Assembly: GCA_963668175.1 (NCBI GenBank)
Contig: OY764159.1
Location: 384,001-448,000, forward strand
DNA length: 64,000 bases
Source: Syntrophales bacterium
GTDB taxonomy: Bacteria > Desulfobacterota > Syntrophia > Syntrophales > PHBD01
Direction of reading: 5' to 3'
The translations under genes were made by a program, and so were the position numbers. Under the pieces are notes generated by a model. It was not told the DNA's origin and did not search any database. It saw only the letters and a program-made list of their open reading frames with translations. Positions 9,319 through 18,073 of this stretch are shown here, one piece after another; within the stretch, counting starts at the first letter, position 1, and each line of letters starts with the position of its first letter.

Positions 9319-10158
9319 ATGATCGTTCGGTGCTGGGGTGCGAGAGGCTCGATACCTGTTTCAGGCCGGGAATACTTGAAATACGGAGGCGACACAACCT
9401 GTATAGAAATCAGAACCAACCAGGACGATATCATTATCGTCGATGCAGGTTCGGGTCTGCGGATGCTGGGCAACAGGCTGCTCGCCGAAGGCCGGCACCA
9501 TTACTCGCTGATCATTACCCATACCCATTGGGACCACCTGATGGGACTTCCTTTTTTTAAACCCATCTATTTCAAGAAGACGAACATTCACGTATACGGT
9601 TGCCCTTACTCGCCCATATCCCTCAAGCAGGTATTCTCCCGTATGATGGCTCCTCCGAATTTCCCCGTCGATTTTGACAGCATCAAGGCCAGCATAAGCT
9701 ACCCCAATTCCTGCCTTGAGAAATTCAAAATCAAATCCCTGACCGTCACGCCGATTGCGCTCAGTCATCCCAACGGAGGAGAGGGTTATCGGTTCGAAGA
9801 AGACGGGAAGTCCTTTGTGTTTCTTACCGACAACGAGTTAACGCATAAGCATCCGGGAGGGCTCGATTTCCAGGATTATTGCGACTTTGCCGCCGGCGCC
9901 GATCTCCTTATCCATGACGCCGAGTACAACGACGCGGATTACAAAAGGACATTCAAATGGGGCCATTCCATTTACACGGATGCCCTGCAGCTCGCGCTCG
10001 ATGCGGGCGTTAAGAACTTCGGCCTGTTTCATCATAATCAGGAGCGGTCGGACCAAGCCGTGGACGCCTTTGTCAAGGATTGCCGGCAGATCATCAAGGC
10101 CAAACACAGCACCCTGAAATGCTTCGCCGTCCATCAGAACATGGAGATCATTCTCTAG
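9319..10158 (+). CDS. MBL-fold metallo-hydrolase (PhnP/RNase Z-like)
   Basis: GARGSIP, THTHWDH, SHP, TDNE, HDA, WGHS, FHH motifs. Confidence 0.9.
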   Translation: MIVRCWGARGSIPVSGREYLKYGGDTTCIEIRTNQDDIIIVDAGSGLRMLGNRLLAEGRHHYSLIITHTHWDHLMGLPFFKPIYFKKTNIHVYGCPYSPISLKQVFSRMMAPPNFPVDFDSIKASISYPNSCLEKFKIKSLTVTPIALSHPNGGEGYRFEEDGKSFVFLTDNELTHKHPGGLDFQDYCDFAAGADLLIHDAEYNDADYKRTFKWGHSIYTDALQLALDAGVKNFGLFHHNQERSDQAVDAFVKDCRQIIKAKHSTLKCFAVHQNMEIIL

Positions 10159-10189
10159 TTCCGCTGGAAAACATGAAAAAGGAGGAGGA

Positions 10190-10582
10190 ATGATGAAAAT
10201 GAGACGTCGATGTCCGGGAATCGTCTGGATGGGCATTGTCCTGATTTCAGCCTTGCTCCTGGCCGGCCCCGTTACGGCGGTAGCTCATGCCCCAAAGGAA
10301 ATCAAGCTGGAAATGGACAGCGGCATGCAGAATCTGACCGTTACCATTACCCATAAATCGCCTCTCCCCAACTGGCATTACATTAAACTGGTGCAGATCA
10401 CGAAGAACGGTGCCGTCGTCAGTAAAAACGAATACAAGAACCAACCGGACCAAGAAACCTTCGAATACAAGTATCCGCTTGCAGCAACGGCCGGAGACGT
10501 CATCGAAGTGACGGTCACGTGCAACATGTCGGGTTCCAAATCGGCAAAACTGGTTATCAACCAGGCATCCAAGACCCCGTAA
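10190..10582 (+). CDS. Secreted beta-rich protein with a superoxide-reductase-like His/Cys pattern
   Basis: Signal peptide ending AVA|HAP; H33, H55, H63 (HYI), C111 (CNMSG); GGAGGAGG SD. Confidence 0.75.
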   Translation: MMKMRRRCPGIVWMGIVLISALLLAGPVTAVAHAPKEIKLEMDSGMQNLTVTITHKSPLPNWHYIKLVQITKNGAVVSKNEYKNQPDQETFEYKYPLAATAGDVIEVTVTCNMSGSKSAKLVINQASKTP

Positions 10583-10591
10583 GGGAACATC

Positions 10592-10987
10592 ATGGACCTT
10601 TTGTTACACGCCGCCCTCATGACCATCGCATTGCTGTCCATGGCCTCAGGCGTCGCGGCCGCCATGTTCATGAGGAAGAAACGATGGTGGCTCCGATATC
10701 ACCAAAAGGCCGGCATGAACGGAGCGGTTTGTCTGCTGATCGGTCTGACGGCCGGCATTGTCATGGTCTTTCTGGATAAGGAACAACATTTCAAGGTGGT
10801 CCACTCCCAGTTGGGCGCTGTTACGATCCTGTTGGGCTGCGCAGCGGCCATTCTGGGCAAGCTGCAATTCGCGATGAAAAACCGGGCTCAAAGGCTCAGG
10901 ATCGTTCATAAGTGGTTGGGACGAACAACTATGCTTTTCATGCCGGCGGTCTTGATCCTGGGATTGTTTAGCGCGGGTATCCTCTAA
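10592..10987 (+). CDS. Four-TM cytochrome b561-like membrane protein
   Basis: Four hydrophobic helices, each starting with a His (LLHAALM, RYHQKAG, VHSQLG, VHKWLGR). Confidence 0.75.
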   Translation: MDLLLHAALMTIALLSMASGVAAAMFMRKKRWWLRYHQKAGMNGAVCLLIGLTAGIVMVFLDKEQHFKVVHSQLGAVTILLGCAAAILGKLQFAMKNRAQRLRIVHKWLGRTTMLFMPAVLILGLFSAGIL

Positions 10988-11319
10988 TAAAGCGTTTTCG
11001 TGTACTGATGATCGCTGGACACCCTGCTCTCCTCGGACTTAGCGAAGCCCGTACCAGCAGCGGCGAACATCTTGCCGGTTCCGTCCGGATGAACCGGCAG
11101 CATCTGTAAAAAAGTCTCCATGAACATGATTTTTCCAATATCTCCTTAACCCCGGGAAATGGAGATCGACATCCTGATCGGGCTTCATTTCTCTCGAAGT
11201 ATCAACAAACGGGGTTCCCGCGATCACGCCTCTATCCGACCGGATTGGCCGCGCAAAAGCGCCGCAGGAACAGAAAATAGCCCACATTGGAAATATTGAC
11301 CGTATCCAGAGGGAAGCGG

Positions 11320-12609
11320 CTATTTCCGGTAATCGAAGACGCGTTTGGACTTTCTTTCCGTCCTGGGAAGAGCCTGGTAGTCGACGATTTCGACGACGGC
11401 GCTCACCAGAGTTTCTTTTCTGATGTCCCTTTCGAGCTTCTTGGCCGTTGTTGCGTCGGCGGAAACGTCGCCTCCTTCGACACGCTCCACCTTGATCTTC
11501 ATATAATCTTTGCCGTCGGCTTCATGATCCAGATGGATCTGGAATTCGCTGCCGATCCCCTGCTGGCGGGAGAGAATCTCGTCGATGTGGCTCGGGTAGA
11601 TGTTGACGCCCCGGACGATGAACATATCGTCGGACCGGCCGACGATCTTCCCATGCCTGGGCAACGGCGAACCGCAGGGACACTCGCCCGGGATGGCCCG
11701 CGTCAGATCACGGGAACGGTAGCGGACGAGCGGCGCCCCCTCTTTGCGGAGCGTCGTATAGACCATTTCGCCCACTTCGCCCTCGGGAACGGGTTCGAGG
11801 GTGTCGGGATCAAGAATCTCCAGGATATAGTAATCGGCCCAGTAGTGAATCCCCTGGTGATGGATACAGTCCAATCCCGTTCCCGGACCGTAGACTTCCG
11901 TGAGTCCGGGGATATCGAAGGCATGCTCCGCTCCCAGAAGGTCCTTGATCCGTTTCGCCATGGCCTCACTGGTCCGTTCCGCGCCGAAGATGGCCTTCTT
12001 GACCTTGATGGCGTCCCTCATGCCTCTCCTGTCGACTTCCTCGGCCAGCAGAAGGGCCATAGATGCCGTGCAGCAAAGGACAGTCGTTTCAAAATCGACC
12101 AAGAACTGGAGCTGCATGTCTATGTTACCGGGACCGGCGGGTATAGCCAGGGCGCCGAACCGCTCACAGCCGAGCTGAAATCCCACCCCGGCGGTCCATA
12201 CGCCGTAGCCCACGCAGATCTGTACCCGGTCGTCCGGCGACAGGTCGGCAATCTCATAGCACCGGGCAAACATATTCGCCCAGTCGTCGATATCCTTCTG
12301 CGTATAGACCATCACCTTCCGCTTGCCCGTCGTTCCAGATGAGGCGTGGAGCCTGACGATATCCGTGAGAGGGACCGACAGAAGCGGCCAGGGGTAGTCT
12401 GCCTGGAGGTCCTGGGCGGTCACGAACGGCAATTTGCGCAGATCGTCCAGGCTTTTTATGTCTTCCGGTTTTACGCCGGCCTCATCGAATCTTTTCCGAT
12501 AGAACGGCGACCCCTGGTAGGCATGTTTCACCGTCCATTTAAGTCCTTCCAACTGGATGCCGGCGAGTTCGTCACGATTTTTCCAGGCCGGCAAAAACGA
12601 TTTTTTCAT
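11320..12609 (-). CDS. paaK: Phenylacetate-CoA ligase family aryl-CoA ligase
   Basis: HASSGTTG, GLTEVYGPG, YRSRDLT, GRSDDMFIVRGVNIYPS. Confidence 0.9.
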   Translation of the reverse strand: MKKSFLPAWKNRDELAGIQLEGLKWTVKHAYQGSPFYRKRFDEAGVKPEDIKSLDDLRKLPFVTAQDLQADYPWPLLSVPLTDIVRLHASSGTTGKRKVMVYTQKDIDDWANMFARCYEIADLSPDDRVQICVGYGVWTAGVGFQLGCERFGALAIPAGPGNIDMQLQFLVDFETTVLCCTASMALLLAEEVDRRGMRDAIKVKKAIFGAERTSEAMAKRIKDLLGAEHAFDIPGLTEVYGPGTGLDCIHHQGIHYWADYYILEILDPDTLEPVPEGEVGEMVYTTLRKEGAPLVRYRSRDLTRAIPGECPCGSPLPRHGKIVGRSDDMFIVRGVNIYPSHIDEILSRQQGIGSEFQIHLDHEADGKDYMKIKVERVEGGDVSADATTAKKLERDIRKETLVSAVVEIVDYQALPRTERKSKRVFDYRK

Positions 12610-12692
12610 GGATGCCTCACTTCCTGTACCCTGCTGATTTTATCAAGGATGGTTTCTGCTAGCACACATCCCTGTCAAATTCAATCCTTGTC

Positions 12693-12737
12693 AAAAAAAA
12701 GGGTGCATCGCCATACGCAGGCTTGATGCACCCTTTT
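12693..12737 (-). terminator. Intrinsic terminator after the glutamate-synthase-like gene
   Basis: AAAAGGGTGCATC...GATGCACCCTTTT hairpin; 8-A run on the plus strand gives the U tail on the minus strand. Confidence 0.8.
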
Positions 12738-12756
12738 GTCTTCTATAGATGGTTAA

Positions 12757-14346
12757 TTATCCGGCCAGAATTTTCTTGGCTTCTTTGAGATACGCATCCA
12801 TGACGTAGGGAATGCCGGAGATCTTTCCCGCTTCTTCCGTCAACGCCACGAGGTCTTTACGGCCGACAAGGGACAGATTGAAGTTCCTGCTGCCCGCCAT
12901 CAACTGCTGGAGGCCGATTTTGAATTTCTGGCTGAAGGTATAGATACCCAAAGCGCCGAGGGGGATGTCTTTTACTTCCTTGCCGTATTTTTTCTTCAGT
13001 TCCTCGTAGCAGACAAATATCTCTTCGACCGAATTGCCGTACTTAGAGACCGTCTTGGGCAGTTTGCCGGCCTTTATCCATTCGCCGATATTCTTGCCGA
13101 CCATGCCCGGAATCATCAATGCCCGGCCCATACACACGGCCTTCACATAGGGGGCGCCCATGGCAATGGCCTTGAAGACGCCGTCTTCCGTCGAAAATCC
13201 GCCGGCAAAGGCGATATCCGGCACACGGACCTTTTTCTTTCGCAATTCCTCGCAGAACTGATAGGTCAGGCTGTGGAGATAGAAGCTCGGAATGCCCCAT
13301 TCATTCATCATCGGCCAGGGACTCATCCCCGTTCCGCCGGGCGCCCCGTCGATCGTCAGAAGGTCGATGTTGGCATCGGCGCAGAAGCGAATCGCCATGG
13401 CCAGTTCAACCGCTGAATAGGCACCGGTCTTGAGTGTGACTCTCTTGAAACCGATCTTCCGGAGCCGGGCGACTTCAGCCATGAAGCCTTCCTTGGTGAC
13501 AAAACCCAGCCGGGAGTGGCGCTCGAATTCTTTAATCGCCCCGTCTTTGTAAGCGGCCTTGATTTCCGGCAGTGTCGGATCGGGCAGAACAATGTAGCCT
13601 CTCCTTTTCAACTCCTGAGCCCTCTCGAGGCTATTGACCTTAATCTCGCCGCCGATGTTCTTGGCTCCCTGCCCCCATTTCAATTCGATAGTATCCAATT
13701 TATGCTTGCTGCTGACGTACTCGGCCACACCCAACCGTGTGTCCTCGACATTCATCTGCACAAGGATTTCGCCGTAGCCTTCGTGATAACGCTTATACGT
13801 TTCGATGCGGCGGTCCATCTCCGGAGACTTCTTCACTTTGCCCTTGCTGTCGAGCTCCAGGCCGGGATCAATGCCGCAGACGTTTTCGCCGCAGACGATC
13901 GTTACACCCGAAATCGAGGCGCCGATGGCAAAGTGCTCCCAGTTTTTACGGGCAATTTCCGTCGAACCCAGGGCACCGGTAAATATAGGCGCCCGCATCT
14001 TGACCTTCTTCTTCCACCCGTATTCCGTTTCCGTGTCGACTGCGGGAAAGACGGCGGTATCGGGACCGGGTTTGACACCCTTAGGCAGCCCCTGGGCACC
14101 CACCGCATAGCCCTGAATACTCAAATGCGAGTAATCGACCGGATAATTCTTGTCGGCCCCGGCGGTCATTTCCCCGAAACCGATCGGGTAGATGACTTCA
14201 CGGCCCCGGAACGAGGATAACCACAATTCACACCCACCCGTACATCCATCAACGCAGCGCGTACAAATCCCCGACATGGGAACGACACTCTTTGATCGAT
14301 TAAAGGTCCCGGTTGCCTCATTGGCGTTCGGCTGTCTAAGATTCAT
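12757..14346 (-). CDS. Stand-alone FMN-binding glutamate synthase family protein with an N-terminal Cys cluster
   Basis: ELKWGQGAK..GGE, DGAPGGTGMSP, FAGG, KAIAMGA; CTRCVDGCTGGC; no amidotransferase domain. Confidence 0.88.
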   Translation of the reverse strand: MNLRQPNANEATGTFNRSKSVVPMSGICTRCVDGCTGGCELWLSSFRGREVIYPIGFGEMTAGADKNYPVDYSHLSIQGYAVGAQGLPKGVKPGPDTAVFPAVDTETEYGWKKKVKMRAPIFTGALGSTEIARKNWEHFAIGASISGVTIVCGENVCGIDPGLELDSKGKVKKSPEMDRRIETYKRYHEGYGEILVQMNVEDTRLGVAEYVSSKHKLDTIELKWGQGAKNIGGEIKVNSLERAQELKRRGYIVLPDPTLPEIKAAYKDGAIKEFERHSRLGFVTKEGFMAEVARLRKIGFKRVTLKTGAYSAVELAMAIRFCADANIDLLTIDGAPGGTGMSPWPMMNEWGIPSFYLHSLTYQFCEELRKKKVRVPDIAFAGGFSTEDGVFKAIAMGAPYVKAVCMGRALMIPGMVGKNIGEWIKAGKLPKTVSKYGNSVEEIFVCYEELKKKYGKEVKDIPLGALGIYTFSQKFKIGLQQLMAGSRNFNLSLVGRKDLVALTEEAGKISGIPYVMDAYLKEAKKILAG

Positions 14347-14524
14347 GGTTCCCTTTCTCCTCCCTTGATTTAATATAAGATTGAATCGACTTGACTCATG
14401 AGCATGCTCAAGTGCGCCGGCTGATAAGCCGTCAATGCATTAAAGATAAGACATGATTTCATTTTTTCTCTATTTCGATAACGTATCGCCGAAGCAGGTA
14501 CCACCAAGGGGGGCGAAATGTCAA

Positions 14525-14571
14525 TGACAAAATTGTAAGTTATATAAATAATCTATATTACATTTTTGTAA
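14525..14571. promoter_or_regulatory. Two palindromic operator-like sites, T(T/G)ACA-N4-TGTAA, 33 bp apart
   Basis: TGACAAAATTGTAA at 14525-14538 and TTACATTTTTGTAA at 14558-14571, in the divergent gltS/carB region. Confidence 0.5.
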
Positions 14572-14707
14572 TTTATTCCGTTGCACGCTTCTCAATACGG
14601 GCCATCCACCTTCACAGATGCAACCACAGAAACCGGGAAAATATTTATTCACATATTATCAAATAGATGCACAACAAGCTCATTGTACACCCCTGACATA
14701 TTACCCC

Positions 14708-14736
14708 TTGACATCGCCAGGGAACTTTTTTATATT
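14708..14736 (+). promoter_or_regulatory. Sigma-70 promoter for carB-purF
   Basis: TTGACA-17 bp-TATATT. Confidence 0.65.
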
Positions 14737-14843
14737 CCGCCTCCCATCGATACATACTTGTCAATTGATCGTTTAACGTTCATTACATTTATGTTTACAT
14801 AAGAACGGCCGATCGGCCAAACCGTCAGAAAAGGGGATGCAAT

Positions 14844-17800
14844 ATGCCGAAAAGAGAGGATATTCATAAGATACTCATCGTAGGATCGGGTCCTATCATC
14901 ATCGGACAAGCTTGCGAGTTCGATTATTCAGGCACTCAGGCCTGCAAGGCCCTTCGCAAGCTGGGATACAAAATTGTTCTCGTAAACTCGAACCCGGCAA
15001 CCATCATGACGGACCCAGGCATGGCCGACGTCACCTATATCGAACCCTTAAATTTAACGTCTCTTACGGAGATTATTGAAAACGAACGGCCCGACGCCAT
15101 CCTGCCCAATCTTGGCGGACAGACGGGACTCAATTTGACATCGGAGCTCGCCCGCACCGGCGTTCTGAGCAAATACGGCGTCCAGGTCATCGGCGTCAAA
15201 ATCGATGCCATTGAACGCGGAGAAGACCGGATTGCTTTCAAAGAAACCATGAACCGCCTCGGCATCGAAATGCCGCGGAGCGAAGCGACATTCAGCGTCG
15301 AGGGGGCCAAAAAGATCGCGGCTGCACTCGGCTATCCCGTCGTGATCAGGCCCGCTTACACCATGGGAGGAACAGGAGGAGGACTGGTTTACAACCTGGA
15401 AGAGCTTCGTGTGGTTGCCAGCCGCGGCATATCGGCCAGTCTCGTCGGTCAGATCCTTGTGGAAGAATCCGTTCTGGGTTGGGAGGAACTGGAACTCGAA
15501 GTCGTGCGCGATGCCAAGAATCAAATGATCACGGTCTGCTTCATCGAAAACGTTGACGCCATGGGCGTTCATACGGGCGATTCGTACTGCACGGCCCCGA
15601 TGCTCACGATATCCTCGGAATTGCAGCAGAAGCTGCAGAAATACTCCTACGATATCGTCGAAGCCATCCAAGTCATCGGCGGCACCAATATCCAATTCGC
15701 CCATGATCCCGCTACGGGCAGGGTCGTCGTCATCGAAATCAACCCCCGGACGTCGCGATCATCGGCCCTGGCATCCAAGGCAACGGGATTCCCGATCGCC
15801 TTGATTTCTTCGATGCTCGCATCCGGCTTGACGCTTGATGAAATTCCCTACTGGCGGGATGGGACCTTGGATAAATATACGCCGTCGGGCGACTATGTCG
15901 TCGTCAAGTTTGCCCGGTGGGATTTCGAGAAATTCCCGGGTTCGGCCGACAAACTCGGAACGCAGATGCGCGCCGTCGGCGAAGTGATGAGCATCGGCAA
16001 GAATTACAAGGAGGCCTTCCAGAAATCCATCCGATCTCTGGAGAAGGGGAGATACGGATTGGGATTCGTAAAAGATTACAACCGTAAATCACTCGAAGAA
16101 CTGCTTGATCTGTTGTCGGAACCGTCGAGCGAAAGACAGTTCATTATGTACGAGGCATTGCGGAAAGGGGCCGACATCGATGTCCTTTTCAAAAAGACAC
16201 ACATCAAGCCCTGGTTTATCCGGCAGATGCAAGAGCTGGTGGAAAGGGAGACGGAAATTCTCGCATACAGAGGCCGCAAACTGCCGGAGGCCCTGCTTGC
16301 GGCGGCGAAGAAAGACGGGTTTTCGGACCGGTATCTCGCCCGGATTCTCGAAATACCGGAAGTCGAGATTCGGATGGCGCGGGCGGCCATAGGCATGCTC
16401 GAAGGCTGGGAGCCCGTCCCCGTAAGCGGTGTCGAGAACGCCGCCTACTACTTCTCCACATACAATGCACCCGATAAGGTAACAACGACGGCCAAAAAGA
16501 AAATCATGGTGCTGGGCGGCGGCCCGAATCGGATCGGCCAGGGCATTGAATTCGATTACTGCTGTGTCCATTGCGCCTTCTCGCTTCGCGATGCCGGATA
16601 TGAATCCATCATGGTCAATTGCAACCCGGAGACGGTATCCACCGATTACGATACGTCCGACAAACTCTACTTCGAGCCTCTCACCGTCGAAGATGTTTTG
16701 AGTATCTATGAAAAGGAGAAACCGGAAGGCATGATCGTCCAGTTCGGCGGCCAGACGCCCCTCAATATCGCTGCCGACCTCGCCAGGGCCGGAGTGAACA
16801 TCATGGGCACAACGCCGGAAACGATCGATCTGGCCGAAGACCGCGACCGTTTCCGCAAGATGATGCAGAAGCTGAACATCCCCATGCCGGCTTCCGGTAT
16901 GGCGAGCAACCTCGCCGAAGCCATTCAGATCGCGACCAAAATCGGTTATCCCCTGATGGTGAGACCCTCCTATGTTCTGGGAGGAAGAGGCATGGAGGTC
17001 GTTTATGACCAGTCGATGCTGAAGCGTTACGTGGAGGCTGCCGTCGGCGTCACTCCCGAACGCCCCATCCTCATCGACAAATTCCTGGAAAACGCCATTG
17101 AGGCGGAGGCCGACGCCATCTCCGACGGCAGTGATGCCTTTGTGCCGGCCGTGATGGAACACATCGAACTGGCGGGCATCCATTCGGGCGACTCGGCCTG
17201 CGTTATACCTCCGATCAGCATACCGGCCAAGCATATTGAAACGATCTGCGAGTATACAAAGAAGATCGCAATCGCATTCAACGTCATCGGCCTCATGAAC
17301 ATCCAGTATGCCATCGCCAATGATGTCGTCTACATCCTCGAAGCCAACCCCCGCGCATCCCGTACGGTGCCTCTCGTTTCGAAGATATGCAACATTCAGA
17401 TGGCGCGCATCGCGACGCATATCATGCTCGGCAAAAAACTGGCGGATTTCAATCTCAAATCGAGATCGTTCCCCCACTTCGGCGTCAAAGAGGCGGTTTT
17501 CCCCTTCAATATGTTCCAGGAAGTTGACCCTCTGCTCGGACCCGAAATGCGGTCAACAGGTGAAGTCCTGGGGTTGGCCGACTCCTTCGGATTGGCTTTC
17601 TATAAGGCGGAGGAAGCGGCCCAACAGACCCTTCCCGGATCGGGCACTGTTTTGATTACGGTGAATCAAAAAGACAAAGGCGCCATCATCGAAATAGCGC
17701 GACGGTTCCGTGAACTGGGATTCACGATCAAGGCGACGGAAGGGACGCATGATTTCCTCGGCGGACAGAACATTGATTCGGAACATATCCTCAAGATGCA

Positions 17801-18044
17801 CGAGGGCCGACCCAACATCGTCGACAGCATCAAGAACGGTGAAATCCAACTGGTCATCAATACTCCGGACGGGAGAACAGGTGCGTTCGACGACTCGTAC
17901 ATCCGCAAAGCCGCGATCAAATATAAGATACCGTACATAACGACTGTAGCGGCGGCCATTGCCGCGGTCAAGGGAATCGCCGCCTGCCGGCAGGGACACG
18001 GACGGGCAAAATCGCTGCAGAATTACCACGCCGAGATCAAGTAG
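14844..18044 (+). CDS. carB: Carbamoyl-phosphate synthase large subunit
   Basis: GSGPIIIGQACEFDYSG, second half GGPNRIGQGIEFDY, two ATP-grasp units, C-terminal MGS domain. Confidence 0.98.
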   Translation: MPKREDIHKILIVGSGPIIIGQACEFDYSGTQACKALRKLGYKIVLVNSNPATIMTDPGMADVTYIEPLNLTSLTEIIENERPDAILPNLGGQTGLNLTSELARTGVLSKYGVQVIGVKIDAIERGEDRIAFKETMNRLGIEMPRSEATFSVEGAKKIAAALGYPVVIRPAYTMGGTGGGLVYNLEELRVVASRGISASLVGQILVEESVLGWEELELEVVRDAKNQMITVCFIENVDAMGVHTGDSYCTAPMLTISSELQQKLQKYSYDIVEAIQVIGGTNIQFAHDPATGRVVVIEINPRTSRSSALASKATGFPIALISSMLASGLTLDEIPYWRDGTLDKYTPSGDYVVVKFARWDFEKFPGSADKLGTQMRAVGEVMSIGKNYKEAFQKSIRSLEKGRYGLGFVKDYNRKSLEELLDLLSEPSSERQFIMYEALRKGADIDVLFKKTHIKPWFIRQMQELVERETEILAYRGRKLPEALLAAAKKDGFSDRYLARILEIPEVEIRMARAAIGMLEGWEPVPVSGVENAAYYFSTYNAPDKVTTTAKKKIMVLGGGPNRIGQGIEFDYCCVHCAFSLRDAGYESIMVNCNPETVSTDYDTSDKLYFEPLTVEDVLSIYEKEKPEGMIVQFGGQTPLNIAADLARAGVNIMGTTPETIDLAEDRDRFRKMMQKLNIPMPASGMASNLAEAIQIATKIGYPLMVRPSYVLGGRGMEVVYDQSMLKRYVEAAVGVTPERPILIDKFLENAIEAEADAISDGSDAFVPAVMEHIELAGIHSGDSACVIPPISIPAKHIETICEYTKKIAIAFNVIGLMNIQYAIANDVVYILEANPRASRTVPLVSKICNIQMARIATHIMLGKKLADFNLKSRSFPHFGVKEAVFPFNMFQEVDPLLGPEMRSTGEVLGLADSFGLAFYKAEEAAQQTLPGSGTVLITVNQKDKGAIIEIARRFRELGFTIKATEGTHDFLGGQNIDSEHILKMHEGRPNIVDSIKNGEIQLVINTPDGRTGAFDDSYIRKAAIKYKIPYITTVAAAIAAVKGIAACRQGHGRAKSLQNYHAEIK

Positions 18045-18073
18045 CGGCATATAAGCCGACGGGGGCCGATTGA

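Noticed and set aside
11039..11287. 82-aa ORF and a 9-bp inverted repeat (11073-11099) between convergent genes
   Set aside because: No recognisable protein features, and the hairpin lacks a correctly placed U tail; function cannot be supported.
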